From Squalus acanthias (taxonomy: Eukaryota), in NCBI GenBank assembly GCA_030390025.1, contig CM059434.1, positions 95,108,001 to 95,172,000 on the forward strand: 64,000 bases of DNA. Reading direction: 5' to 3'. A model generated the notes under the pieces. That model had not been told where the DNA came from. It worked only from the letters and a program-made list of their open reading frames with translations, and ran no database searches. Of the stretch, positions 12,301 through 27,300 are shown one piece after another; position 1 is the stretch's first letter, and the number at the start of each line of letters is the position of its first letter. A program made the position numbers and the translations under genes.

Positions 12301-15300
12301 ATAGGTATTTACGTTGTATTGACCTCGTTTCGATTATTTTTCTTGTTCTACAGAAGGAATCACAACAACAGTGGAAACAACTACAACCGGGTCCACTACT
12401 GGCTCCACACCGGGTGAGTGAGGGCTTCTTTCAATATAAAGTAGCAAGACCAGTGACAAGTTATCTTGTTTCAACAGCTCCCAGACAGTGGAGTCTCTGC
12501 TTACTCACTAACGTTTACTTAACTTTTTTGTAATATTTTATTGTCTTTTGAATGAAATGCACAATTTACAATTCATGTTGCTAGGGATACTCTGCATACT
12601 TCCAAATTCCAATACAATCATTATCAAATCTTGTCAGAGGATGCTCGCTGACACGTTGTGGCCGTTAATATTCTTTCCTATTTTCTTTTGTCCAGTAACT
12701 TGAAAGAGTTCTTTTGAAACACAACCAATTATGCAAATGCTGCTTTGTCAGACTCGTGTTAATGTTTGCACTTTAGTATTTGAAGTAAGGAGACCTAGTT
12801 AGTAGCTGTAGTCAATAATTTCCTCATTCTTTATGCCCGTTTCTCAATAAAATAACCTAGCGGTGGAACTCTATTAATACTGCTGGATTTGCAGTCGGAA
12901 TGCAGCGGTTTAAAAATTTTTTTTCTTCAGAAGTGACGACTACAACAAAAGGAACAACCACAACTGTGTCTACTGCCAGTTCTACAACTGGTAAGTGATG
13001 GTTTCTTTCAATATAGACTAGCAAGTCTTTTGACACAAGTGTGCTTTTTTCAACTTTGGCGAAGAAAATGCCAGGCCATCAGTTCAGTCCTGTAGACCTG
13101 TAGCCCATTCCTTTGGGATGGAATTACTTGAGAAGTTCAGAACATCTCAATCTGCAAGCAATGGCACTTTCACAAGAATTACAGAAGCAGTTTTGTGTAA
13201 ACCTCTCCCCTAACAGCTTGTCCCAGGCGAAGAATAAAACAGTTATGTTTTAACAGTTGCAACTGTAAAATTCCTCTCTTCTGGCCACCTCTGTCTCATT
13301 TAGTCTCTACTTATTCTCACACTCAACTTTTTTACGACATTTTTTCGACCTGCTAATAAAATGTACAATTTGTACGTCACGCTGATGCTCGTGGGCTGCA
13401 TACTTCTAAATTCCAAATATTGTCAAATGTTGTTCCCTTGACATGTTGTGGTTGCTCATATTGTGACTATTACCGTTTTGGTCCAGTAGTATGAAAGACT
13501 TCTTTTGAAACACTCTGCAACTGCTGCCTTGCTGCTCTCATATTTATGTTTCCTATTTTTGGTTGGATCATGAGGGTCTAATATGTTCTCCTCCTTTTCT
13601 GTTACAGAGGTCGTCTGCCATGGCGAATGGTCCCCCTGGTTTAATGAACACACACCTTCTAATGACAGCCCGGGCGATTCTGAATTACTAGACCGCCTAA
13701 GCAATAAATACTGTTCTTCCCCTTTTGATGACATTAGTAACATTCAGTGTCAGTTTGTTGGTGAACCTGAGAGGCCAATAAGCGAGTCACCAGACAATGT
13801 GACGTGCGACAAAGACACAGGGCTCACCTGTATAGTCTCGGAAAGTGCTTTGCAGGAGTCCAAGCTTTGTTTTGACTACAAAATTCGAGTTTGCTGCGAG
13901 AAAAAAACACCAGAGACCACAACAACCAGCAGTACAACCACGGCTTCTGGTAAATGAGAAACTTATGTACGAGTTAATAATGTCTCCCATACGTTAAATC
14001 AAAGCTGACGTTTTACATCAAGCAGTCAAAGGAGTTAGGATATCTAGTTAGTAGCTGTAGTTAACAATTTCCTCATCATTTGTGCCTTAGTATCAATAAA
14101 ATAGCCTAATGGTGAAATTCTCAATACTGCAGGATTTGAAATTAGAGTTCAGAGGTTTTGAATTTTTTGTTGTTTTTGTTCACAAGTGGCGACTACAACA
14201 ACAGAGACAACAACTACACCTGGTATTGCTGACACTACTACAACGGGTAAGTGATGTCTGCTTTCAATGTACACCAGCTAGTCTGTTTACACCAGTGTGC
14301 TTTTCTCAAATTCAGCTTTCAGACAAGGTCAGCCCATTAGTTCAGTCTTGTAGTCCCTCCCTCTTGGGTGAAAATGCTTGAAAATTTAAAGACATCTGAA
14401 TCTGCAGTTAGTTTTTTCAACATCACTTGTGCAGAAGGTGTAATTAAATAGTCTTATGGAGGAACTCTACAGGAATACTATAGGAATTTACATTATAGTG
14501 TAGTGGTTTTGATTAATTGTTCTTGTTCTTCAGAAGGAATCACAACAACAGTAAAAGCAACTACAACCGGGTCCACTACTGGCTCCACACCGGGTGAGTG
14601 AGGGCTTCTTTTGCTATCCAGTAGCAAGACCAGTGACACAAGTTATCTTGTTTCAACAACTCCCTGACTGTGGAAATCCATGAATTCACTCCTTGTAGAT
14701 ATTTAGCCAATTTTTCTAGGGGGAAATGGTTGACAACTTAACCATATGGATAAAGATAGATCAGAGGCTGTGCTGAGGACAAATGCTGTGTCCATATTTG
14801 TGCCGCCTCTGTCTCTCTTCGTCTCAGCTTAATCACCAACTTTTACTCAAGGTTTTGGCAATATTTCTCTGACTTTTGAATGAAACGTTGAATTTGCATT
14901 CCATGTTGATGGTGGTATTGTTCATACTTTCAAATTCCAATAGCTGCATTGTCAAATATTGTCAAAGGATGATCCTCTGACATGTTGTGGTTGTTAATAG
15001 TCTTGCTTTTCTTCTTTTGTCCAGTACCTTGAAATAGTTCTTTTGATACACAACAAATTATGCAAATATTTTCTTGCCACTCTCATGTTTATGTTGTTCT
15101 TCTCTACTTGACAGAGGAGAAAAAAAGAGATCTAGTTAGTCACTCGTAAAATAATTTTCTCATTCTTTGCCCTTTATTATCAATAAAACAGCCAACTCTA
15201 TTAGTACTGAGGGATTTAAATTTGATTGCTGTGTTTTGAATATTTTTCCTGTTTGTTCAGAAGTGTTGACTACAACAAAAGGGACAACAACCACACCTAT

Positions 15301-18300
15301 TATTGTTGTCACTACTACACCGGGTAAGTGATGTCTGCTTTCAATATACACCACAAGTCTCTTCACACTAGTGTGCTTTCCTCAAATTCATGCTTTCAGG
15401 CAATGTCAGTCCATTAGTTCAGTCTTGCAGTCTTATCTTTTGACAGAAAATGTTGAAAATTTAAGGACATCTGAATCTGCAGTTAGTTTTTCAACATCAC
15501 TTTTGTAGCAACAGCAATAAAATAGTCTTATAGAGGAAATCTACAGGAATACTATGGCCCAGAAATTAGGCTCCCTGGCTTCCCGCGGGTGCAAGGATCC
15601 CGCGCGCACCTACCTACTGCGCCTGCCGTTGACCTCTGGGCCCACGGGGACTTCAGCTCCTGGGCCTCCTGCAGCTGCAGGCGCGCAGTGCTTGTGTATC
15701 CCGGGGCGTAGTTAGTGCGATGCGTCCCCTGGGATCACGTGGGCCATGGAGAGCCAATGGCAGCAGACCATCTTTCATTCATAGATTTGACAGGACCTGT
15801 CAAATCTATGAATTGAAATCAGCCCCAAAACAACACCTAAACTTCAAATAATTTTTTTAAAAACCATCACATTTTTAAAATAACTATAAGTTAAATAAAT
15901 TAACTACTTTAAACAAAAATTTAAATTTTTGAAAAAGTTAAAATACTTTTTAACAGTGCTAAAAATAAACTTACCTTTCTTTAAAGTATCTAAAAAAGAT
16001 AAACCTGTTGAAATTTTTTTAAAATTGTAATTAATTAACCACTTACCTTGTTAAAAACGGGTCTTGTGCCTCCTTTTTAAAAGCGCAGCTTCTTCCATAC
16101 TTACCTTCCCGGAGAAACCTGAAAAAAAAACTAAGTTCGCTGCGTGCGCGCAGCCTCTCCCGCGCACGCGGTTCACCTCTCAACCCCTCCCTTCACGAGA
16201 CCGGAAGTTCCGGTTTCCCGCGCATGCGCAGTGCATGCAGGAAACCGGCACTTCAGGATGCCTTATGGGTGAGCACACAGCGCGTACTCACCCGGCAAGT
16301 GCCTAATTTTTGGCCCTATAGGTATTTACGTTGTATTGACCTCGTTTCGATTATTTTTCTTGTTCTACAGAAGGAATCACAACAACAGTGGAAACAACTA
16401 CAACCGGGTCCACTACTGGCTCCACACCGGGTGAGTGAGGGCTTCTTTCAATATAAAGTAGCAAGACCAGTGACAAGTTATCTTGTTTCAACAGCTCCCA
16501 GACAGTGGAGTCTCTGCTTACTCACTAACGTTTACTTAACTTTTTTGTAATATTTTATTGTCTTTTGAATGAAATGCACAATTTACAATTCATGTTGCTA
16601 GGGATACTCTGCATACTTCCAAATTCCAATACAATCATTATCAAATCTTGTCAGAGGATGCTCGCTGACACGTTGTGGCCGTTAATATTCTTTCCTATTT
16701 TCTTTTGTCCAGTAACTTGAAAGAGTTCTTTTGAAACACAACCAATTATGCAAATGCTGCTTTGTCAGACTCGTGTTAATGTTTGCACTTTAGTATTTGA
16801 AGTAAGGAGACCTAGTTAGTAGCTGTAGTCAATAATTTCCTCATTCTTTATGCCCGTTTCTCAATAAAATAACCTAGCGGTGGAACTCTATTAATACTGC
16901 TGGATTTGCAGTCGGAATGCAGCGGTTTAAAAATTTTTTTTCTTCAGAAGTGACGACTACAACAAAAGGAACAACCACAACTGTGTCTACTGCCAGTTCT
17001 ACAACTGGTAAGTGATGGTTTCTTTCAATATAGACTAGCAAGTCTTTTGACACAAGTGTGCTTTTTTCAACTTTGGCGAAGAAAATGCCAGGCCATCAGT
17101 TCAGTCCTGTAGACCTGTAGCCCATTCCTTTGGGATGGAATTACTTGAGAAGTTCAGAACATCTCAATCTGCAAGCAATGGCACTTTCACAAGAATTACA
17201 GAAGCAGTTTTGTGTAAACCTCTCCCCTAACAGCTTGTCCCAGGCGAAGAATAAAACAGTTATGTTTTAACAGTTGCAACTGTAAAATTCCTCTCTTCTG
17301 GCCACCTCTGTCTCATTTAGTCTCTACTTATTCTCACACTCAACTTTTTTACGACATTTTTTCGACCTGCTAATAAAATGTACAATTTGTACGTCACGCT
17401 GATGCTCGTGGGCTGCATACTTCTAAATTCCAAATATTGTCAAATGTTGTTCCCTTGACATGTTGTGGTTGCTCATATTGTGACTATTACCGTTTTGGTC
17501 CAGTAGTATGAAAGACTTCTTTTGAAACACTCTGCAACTGCTGCCTTGCTGCTCTCATATTTATGTTTCCTATTTTTGGTTGGATCATGAGGGTCTAATA
17601 TGTTCTCCTCCTTTTCTGTTACAGAGGTCGTCTGCCATGGCGAATGGTCCCCCTGGTTTAATGAACACACACCTTCTAATGACAGCCCGGGCGATTCTGA
17701 ATTACTAGACCGCCTAAGCAATAAATACTGTTCTTCCCCTTTTGATGACATTAGTAACATTCAGTGTCAGTTTGTTGGTGAACCTGAGAGGCCAATAAGC
17801 GAGTCACCAGACAATGTGACGTGCGACAAAGACACAGGGCTCACCTGTATAGTCTCGGAAAGTGCTTTGCAGGAGTCCAAGCTTTGTTTTGACTACAAAA
17901 TTCGAGTTTGCTGCGAGAAAAAAACACCAGAGACCACAACAACCAGCAGTACAACCACGGCTTCTGGTAAATGAGAAACTTATGTACGAGTTAATAATGT
18001 CTCCCATACGTTAAATCAAAGCTGACGTTTTACATCAAGCAGTCAAAGGAGTTAGGATATCTAGTTAGTAGCTGTAGTTAACAATTTCCTCATCATTTGT
18101 GCCTTAGTATCAATAAAATAGCCTAATGGTGAAATTCTCAATACTGCAGGATTTGAAATTAGAGTTCAGAGGTTTTGAATTTTTTGTTGTTTTTGTTCAC
18201 AAGTGGCGACTACAACAACAGAGACAACAACTACACCTGGTATTGCTGACACTACTACAACGGGTAAGTGATGTCTGCTTTCAATGTACACCAGCTAGTC

Positions 18301-21300
18301 TGTTTACACCAGTGTGCTTTTCTCAAATTCAGCTTTCAGACAAGGTCAGCCCATTAGTTCAGTCTTGTAGTCCCTCCCTCTTGGGTGAAAATGCTTGAAA
18401 ATTTAAAGACATCTGAATCTGCAGTTAGTTTTTTCAACATCACTTGTGCAGAAGGTGTAATTAAATAGTCTTATGGAGGAACTCTACAGGAATACTATAG
18501 GAATTTACATTATAGTGTAGTGGTTTTGATTAATTGTTCTTGTTCTTCAGAAGGAATCACAACAACAGTAAAAGCAACTACAACCGGGTCCACTACTGGC
18601 TCCACACCGGGTGAGTGAGGGCTTCTTTTGCTATCCAGTAGCAAGACCAGTGACACAAGTTATCTTGTTTCAACAACTCCCTGACTGTGGAAATCCATGA
18701 ATTCACTCCTTGTAGATATTTAGCCAATTTTTCTAGGGGGAAATGGTTGACAACTTAACCATATGGATAAAGATAGATCAGAGGCTGTGCTGAGGACAAA
18801 TGCTGTGTCCATATTTGTGCCGCCTCTGTCTCTCTTCGTCTCAGCTTAATCACCAACTTTTACTCAAGGTTTTGGCAATATTTCTCTGACTTTTGAATGA
18901 AACGTTGAATTTGCATTCCATGTTGATGGTGGTATTGTTCATACTTTCAAATTCCAATAGCTGCATTGTCAAATATTGTCAAAGGATGATCCTCTGACAT
19001 GTTGTGGTTGTTAATAGTCTTGCTTTTCTTCTTTTGTCCAGTACCTTGAAATAGTTCTTTTGATACACAACAAATTATGCAAATATTTTCTTGCCACTCT
19101 CATGTTTATGTTGTTCTTCTCTACTTGACAGAGGAGAAAAAAAGAGATCTAGTTAGTCACTCGTAAAATAATTTTCTCATTCTTTGCCCTTTATTATCAA
19201 TAAAACAGCCAACCGGTGAAACTCTATTAGTACTGAGGGATTTAAATTTGATTGCTGTGGTTTTGAATATTTTTCCTGTTTGTTCAGAAGTGTTGACTAC
19301 AACAAAAGGGACAACAACCACACCTATTATTACTGACACTACTACACCGGGTAAGTGATGTCTGCTTTCAATATACACCAACAAGTCTCTTCACACTAGT
19401 GTGCTTTCCTCAAATTCATGCTTTCAGGCAATGTCAGTCCATTAGTTCAGTCTTGCAGTCTTATCTTTTGACAGAAAATGGTTGAAAATTTAAGGACATC
19501 TGAATCTGCAGTTAGTTTTTCAACATCACTTTTGTAGCAACAGCAATAAAATAGTCTTATGGAAGAGATCTACAGGAATGCTATAGTTACGTTGCATTGA
19601 ACTGCTTTCGATTATTTTTCTTGTTCTTCAGAAGGAATCACAACAACTGTGAAAACAACTACAACCGGGTCCACTACTGGCTCCACACCGGGTGAGTGAG
19701 GGCTTCTTTTGATATAAAGTAGCAAGACCAGTGACACAAGTTATCTTGTTTCAACAACTTCCAGACAGTGGAAGTCCATTACTTCACCCCTTAGAAAACA
19801 TAGAACATAGAAAAATAGGAGCAGGAGTAGGCCATTCGGCCCTTCGAGCCTGCTCCGCCATTCAATATGATCATGGCTGATCCTCTATCTCAATACCATA
19901 TTCCCGCTCTCTCCCCATACCCCTTGATGCCTTTTTTATCTAGAAATCTGTCTATCTTGTAGATATTTAGCTCATTCCTTTCAGAGGGAAATGATTGACA
20001 ACTTAACTGTATGGATAAACCAAGATCAGAGGCTGTGCTGAGGAGAAATGCTGTGTCCATATTTGTTCTGCCTCTGACTCTCTTACTCTCTGCTTCCTCA
20101 CCAACCTTTACTCAAATTTTTGGCAATATTTTTCTGACTTTTGAATGAAATGTATAATTTGCATTTCATGTTGATGGTGGTATTGTGCATACTTTCAAAT
20201 TCCAATAGAAGCATTATCAAATATTTTCAAAGGATGATCCCCTTGACATGTTGTGGATGTTAATTTTCTTCCCTTTTTGTCTATTGTCCAGTAAGTTAAA
20301 ATAGTTCTTTTGAAACACAACCAATTATGCAAATGTTGTCTCGCTATTTTCATGTTTATGTTTGTTTTTTATTACTTGACAAAGGAGAAAAAAGTTGACC
20401 TAGTTAGTAGCTGTAGTGAAACATTTTCCTCATTCTTTGCACTTTAGTATCAATAAAATAGCCAACTGGTGAAACTCTCTCAGTACTGCAGGAGTTCATG
20501 TTTGAGTGCTGTGGTTTTGAATGTTTTTATTTTTCTTCCTAAGTGACGACTACAACAAAAGGGACAACAACCACACCTATTATTGTTGTCACTACTACAC
20601 CGGGTAAGTGATGTCTGCTTTCAATATACACCACAAGTCTCTTCACACTAGTGTGCTTTCCTCAAATTCATGCTTTCAGGCAATGTCAGTCCATTAGTTC
20701 AGTCTTGCAGTCTTATCTTTTGACAGAAAATGGTTGAAAATTTAAGGACATCTGAATCTGCAGTTAGCTTTTCAACATCACTTTTGTAGCAACAGCAATA
20801 AAATAGTCTTATAGAGGAAATCTACAGGAATACTATGGCCCAGAAATTAGGCTCCCTGGCTTCCCGCGGGTGCAAGGATCCCGCGCGCACCTACCTACTG
20901 CGCCTGCCGTTGACCTCTGGGCCCACGGGGACTTCAGCTCCTGGGCCTCCTGCAGCTGCAGGCGCGCAGTGCTTGTGTATCCCGGGGCGTAGTTAGTGCG
21001 ATGCGTCCCCTGGGATCACGTGGGCCATGGAGAGCCAATGGCAGCAGACCATCTTTCATTCATAGATTTGACAGGACCTGTCAAATCTATGAATTGAAAT
21101 CAGCCCCAAAACAACACCTAAACTTCAAATAATTTTTTTAAAAAACCATCACATTTTTAAAATAACTATAAGTTAAATAAATTAACTACTTTAAACAAAA
21201 ATTTAAATTTTTGAAAAAATTAAAATACTTTTTAACAGTGCTAAAAATAAACTTACCTTTCTTTAAAGTATCTAAAAAAGATAAACCTGTTGAAATTTTT

Positions 21301-24300
21301 TTTAAATTGTAATTAATTAACCACTTACCTTGTTAAAAACGGGTCTTGTGCCTCCTTTTTAAAAGCGCAGCTTCTTCCATACTTACCTTCCCGGAGAAAC
21401 CTGAAAAAAAAACTAAGTTCGCTGCGTGCGCGCAGCCTCTCCCGCGCACGCGGTTCACCTCTCAACCCCTCCCTTCACGAGACCGGAAGTTCCGGTTTCC
21501 CGCGCATGCGCAGTGCATGCAGGAAACCGGCACTTCAGGATGCCTTATGGGTGAGCACACAGCGCGTACTCACCCGGCAAGTGCCTAATTTTTGGCCCTA
21601 TAGGTATTTACGTTGTATTGACCTCGTTTCGATTATTTTTCTTGTTCTACAGAAGGAATCACAACAACAGTGGAAACAACTACAACCGGGTCCACTACTG
21701 GCTCCACACCGGGTGAGTGAGGGCTTCTTTCAATATAAAGTAGCAAGACCAGTGACAAGTTATCTTGTTTCAACAGCTCCCAGACAGTGGAGTCTCTGCT
21801 TACTCACTAACGTTTACTTAACTTTTTTGTAATATTTTATTGTCTTTTGAATGAAATGCACAATTTACAATTCATGTTGCTAGGGATACTCTGCATACTT
21901 CCAAATTCCAATACAATCATTATCAAATCTTGTCAGAGGATGCTCGCTGACACGTTGTGGCCGTTAATATTCTTTCCTATTTTCTTTTGTCCAGTAACTT
22001 GAAAGAGTTCTTTTGAAACACAACCAATTATGCAAATGCTGCTTTGTCAGACTCGTGTTAATGTTTGCACTTTAGTATTTGAAGTAAGGAGACCTAGTTA
22101 GTAGCTGTAGTCAATAATTTCCTCATTCTTTATGCCCGTTTCTCAATAAAATAACCTAGCGGTGGAACTCTATTAATACTGCTGGATTTGCAGTCGGAAT
22201 GCAGCGGTTTAAAAATTTTTTTTCTTCAGAAGTGACGACTACAACAAAAGGAACAACCACAACTGTGTCTACTGCCAGTTCTACAACTGGTAAGTGATGG
22301 TTTCTTTCAATATAGACTAGCAAGTCTTTTGACACAAGTGTGCTTTTTTCAACTTTGGCGAAGAAAATGCCAGGCCATCAGTTCAGTCCTGTAGACCTGT
22401 AGCCCATTCCTTTGGGATGGAATTACTTGAGAAGTTCAGAACATCTCAATCTGCAAGCAATGGCACTTTCACAAGAATTACAGAAGCAGTTTTGTGTAAA
22501 CCTCTCCCCTAACAGCTTGTCCCAGGCGAAGAATAAAACAGTTATGTTTTAACAGTTGCAACTGTAAAATTCCTCTCTTCTGGCCACCTCTGTCTCATTT
22601 AGTCTCTACTTATTCTCACACTCAACTTTTTTACGACATTTTTTCGACCTGCTAATAAAATGTACAATTTGTACGTCACGCTGATGCTCGTGGGCTGCAT
22701 ACTTCTAAATTCCAAATATTGTCAAATGTTGTTCCCTTGACATGTTGTGGTTGCTCATATTGTGACTATTACCGTTTTGGTCCAGTAGTATGAAAGACTT
22801 CTTTTGAAACACTCTGCAACTGCTGCCTTGCTGCTCTCATATTTATGTTTCCTATTTTTGGTTGGATCATGAGGGTCTAATATGTTCTCCTCCTTTTCTG
22901 TTACAGAGGTCGTCTGCCATGGCGAATGGTCCCCCTGGTTTAATGAACACACACCTTCTAATGACAGCCCGGGCGATTCTGAATTACTAGACCGCCTAAG
23001 CAATAAATACTGTTCTTCCCCTTTTGATGACATTAGTAACATTCAGTGTCAGTTTGTTGGTGAACCTGAGAGGCCAATAAGCGAGTCACCAGACAATGTG
23101 ACGTGCGACAAAGACACAGGGCTCACCTGTATAGTCTCGGAAAGTGCTTTGCAGGAGTCCAAGCTTTGTTTTGACTACAAAATTCGAGTTTGCTGCGAGA
23201 AAAAAACACCAGAGACCACAACAACCAGCAGTACAACCACGGCTTCTGGTAAATGAGAAACTTATGTACGAGTTAATAATGTCTCCCATACGTTAAATCA
23301 AAGCTGACGTTTTACATCAAGCAGTCAAAGGAGTTAGGATATCTAGTTAGTAGCTGTAGTTAACAATTTCCTCATCATTTGTGCCTTAGTATCAATAAAA
23401 TAGCCTAATGGTGAAATTCTCAATACTGCAGGATTTGAAATTAGAGTTCAGAGGTTTTGAATTTTTTGTTGTTTTTGTTCACAAGTGGCGACTACAACAA
23501 CAGAGACAACAACTACACCTGGTATTGCTGACACTACTACAACGGGTAAGTGATGTCTGCTTTCAATGTACACCAGCTAGTCTGTTTACACCAGTGTGCT
23601 TTTCTCAAATTCAGCTTTCAGACAAGGTCAGCCCATTAGTTCAGTCTTGTAGTCCCTCCCTCTTGGGTGAAAATGCTTGAAAATTTAAAGACATCTGAAT
23701 CTGCAGTTAGTTTTTTCAACATCACTTGTGCAGAAGGTGTAATTAAATAGTCTTATGGAGGAACTCTACAGGAATACTATAGGAATTTACATTATAGTGT
23801 AGTGGTTTTGATTAATTGTTCTTGTTCTTCAGAAGGAATCACAACAACAGTAAAAGCAACTACAACTGGGTCCACTACTGGCTCCACACCGGGTGAGTGA
23901 GGGCTTCTTTTGCTATCCAGTAGCAAGACCAGTGACACAAGTTATCTTGTTTCAACAACTCCCTGACTGTGGAAATCCATGAATTCACTCCTTGTAGATA
24001 TTTAGCCAATTTTTCTAGGGGGAAATGGTTGACAACTTAACCATATGGATAAAGATAGATCAGAGGCTGTGCTGAGGACAAATGCTGTGTCCATATTTGT
24101 GCCGCCTCTGTCTCTCTTAGTCTCAGCTTAATCACCAACTTTTACTCAAGGTTTTGGCAATATTTCTCTGACTTTTGAATGAAACGTTGAATTTGCATTC
24201 CATGTTGATGGTGGTATTGTTCATACTTTCAAATTCCAATAGCTGCATTGTCAAATATTGTCAAAGGATGATCCTCTGACATGTTGTGGTTGTTAATAGT

Positions 24301-27300
24301 CTTGCTTTTCTTCTTTTGTCCAGTACCTTGAAATAGTTCTTTTGATACACAACAAATTATGCAAATATTTTCTTGCCACTCTCATGTTTATGTTGTTCTT
24401 CTCTACTTGACAGAGGAGAAAAAAAGAGATCTAGTTAGTCACTCGTAAAATAATTTTCTCATTCTTTGCCCTTTATTATCAATAAAACAGCCAACCGGTG
24501 AAACTCTATTAGTACTGAGGGATTTAAATTTGATTGCTGTGGTTTTGAATATTTTTCCTGTTTGTTCAGAAGTGTTGACTACAACAAAAGGGACAACAAC
24601 CACACCTATTATTGTTGACACTACTACACCGGGTAAGTGATGTCTGCTTTCAATATAAAGCAACAAGTCTCTTCACACTAGTGTGCTTTCCTCAAATTCA
24701 TGCTTTCAGGCAATGTCAGTCCATTAGTTCAGTCTTGCAGTCTTATCTTTTGACAGAAAATGGTTGAAAATTTAAGGACATCTGAATCTGCAGTTAGTTT
24801 TTCAACATCACTTTTGTAGCAACAGCAATAAAATAGTCTTATGGAAGAGATCTACAGGAATGCTATAGTTACGTTGCATTGAACTGCTTTCGATTATTTT
24901 TCTTGTTCTTCAGAAGGAATCACAACAACTGTGAAAACAACTACAACCGGGTCCACTACTGGCTCCACACCGGGTGAGTGAGGGCTTCTTTTGATATAAA
25001 GTAGCAAGACCAGTGACACAAGTTATCTTGTTTCAACAACTTCCAGACAGTGGAAGTCCATTACTTCACCCCTTAGAAAACATAGAACATTGAAAAATAG
25101 GAGCAGGAGTAGGCCATTCGGCCCTTCGAGCCTGCTCCGCCATTCAATATGATCATGGCTGATCCTCTATCTCAATACCATATTCCCGCTCTCTCCCCAT
25201 ACCCCTTGATGCCTTTTTTATCTAGAAATCTGTCTATCTTGTAGATATTTAGCTCATTCCTTTCAGAGGGAAATGATTGACAACTTAACTGTATGGATAA
25301 ACCAAGATCAGAGGCTGTGCTGAGGAGAAATGCTGTGTCCATATTTGTTCTGCCTCTGACTCTCTTACTCTCTGCTTCCTCACCAACCTTTACTCAAATT
25401 TTTGGCAATATTTTTCTGACTTTTGAATGAAATGTATAATTTGCATTTCATGTTGATGGTGGTATTGTGCATACTTTCAAATTCCAATAGAAGCATTATC
25501 AAATATTTTCAAAGGATGATCCCCTTGACATGTTGTGGATGTTAATTTTCTTCCCTTTTTGTCTATTGTCCAGTAAGTTAAAATAGTTCTTTTGAAACAC
25601 AACCAATTATGCAAATGTTGTCTCGCTATTTTCATGTTTATGTTTGTTTTTTATTACTTGACAAAGGAGAAAAAAGTTGACCTAGTTAGTAGCTGTAGTG
25701 AAACATTTTCCTCATTCTTTGCACTTTAGTATCAATAAAATAGCCAACTGGTGAAACTCTCTCAGTACTGCAGGAGTTCATGTTTGAGTGCTGTGGTTTT
25801 GAATGTTTTTATTTTTCTTCCTAAGTGACGACTACAACAAAAGGGACAACAACCACACCTATTATTGTTGTCACTACTACACCGGGTAAGTGATGTCTGC
25901 TTTCAATATACACGATGCGGAGATGCCGGTGTTGGACTGGGGTGGACAAAATTGAGAGGTCGCACAACACCAGGTTATAGTCCAACAGTTTTATTTGAAA
26001 TCACAAGCTTTCGGAGCTATCGATTGCTCCTTCCTCAGGACACCTGAGGAAGGAGCAATCGATAGCTCCGAAAGCTTGTGATTTCAAATAAAACTGTTGG
26101 ACTATAACCTGGTGTTGTGCGACCTCTCAATTTTGTTCAATATACACCACAAGTCTCTTCACACTAGTGTGCTTTCCTCAAATTCATGCTTTCAGGCAAT
26201 GTCAGTCCATTAGTTCAGTCTTGCAGTCTTATCTTTTGACAGAAAATGGTTGAAAATTTAAGGACATCTGAATCTGCAGTTAGTTTTTCAACATCACTTT
26301 TGTAGCAACAGCAATAAAATAGTCTTATAGAGGAAATCTACAGGAATACTATGGCCCAGAAATTAGGCTCCCTGGCTTCCCGCGGGTGCAAGGATCCCGC
26401 GCGCACCTACCTACTGCGCCTGCCGTTGACCTCTGGGCCCACGGGGACTTCAGCTCCTGGGCCTCCTGCAGCTGCAGGCGCGCAGTGCTTGTGTATCCCG
26501 GGGCGTAGTTAGTGCGATGCGTCCCCTGGGATCACGTGGGCCATGGAGAGCCAATGGCAGCAGACCATCTTTCATTCATAGATTTGACAGGACCTGTCAA
26601 ATCTATGAATTGAAATCAGCCCCAAAACAACACCTAAACTTCAAATAATTTTTTTAAAAAACCATCACATTTTTAAAATAACTATAAGTTAAATAAATTA
26701 ACTACTTTAAACAAAAATTTAAATTTTTGAAAAAATTAATATACTTTTTAACAGTGCTAAAAATAAACTTACCTTTCTTTAAAGTATCTAAAAAAGATAA
26801 ACCTGTTGAAATTTTTTTAAAATTGTAATTAATTAACCACTTACCTTGTTAAAAACGGGTCTTGTGCCTCCTTTTTAAAAGCGCAGCTTCTTCCATACTT
26901 ACCTTCCCGGAGAAACCTGAAAAAAAAACTAAGTTCGCTGCGTGCGCGCAGCCTCTCCCGCGCACGCGGTTCACCTCTCAACCCCTCCCTTCACGAGACC
27001 GGAAGTTCCGGTTTCCCGCGCATGCGCAGTGCATGCAGGAAACCGGCACTTCAGGATGCCTTATGGGTGAGCACACAGCGCGTACTCACCCGGCAAGTGC
27101 CTAATTTTTGGCCCTATAGGTATTTACGTTGTATTGACCTCGTTTCGATTATTTTTCTTGTTCTACAGAAGGAATCACAACAACAGTGGAAACAACTACA
27201 ACCGGGTCCACTACTGGCTCCACACCGGGTGAGTGAGGGCTTCTTTCAATATAAAGTAGCAAGACCAGTGACAAGTTATCTTGTTTCAACAGCTCCCAGA

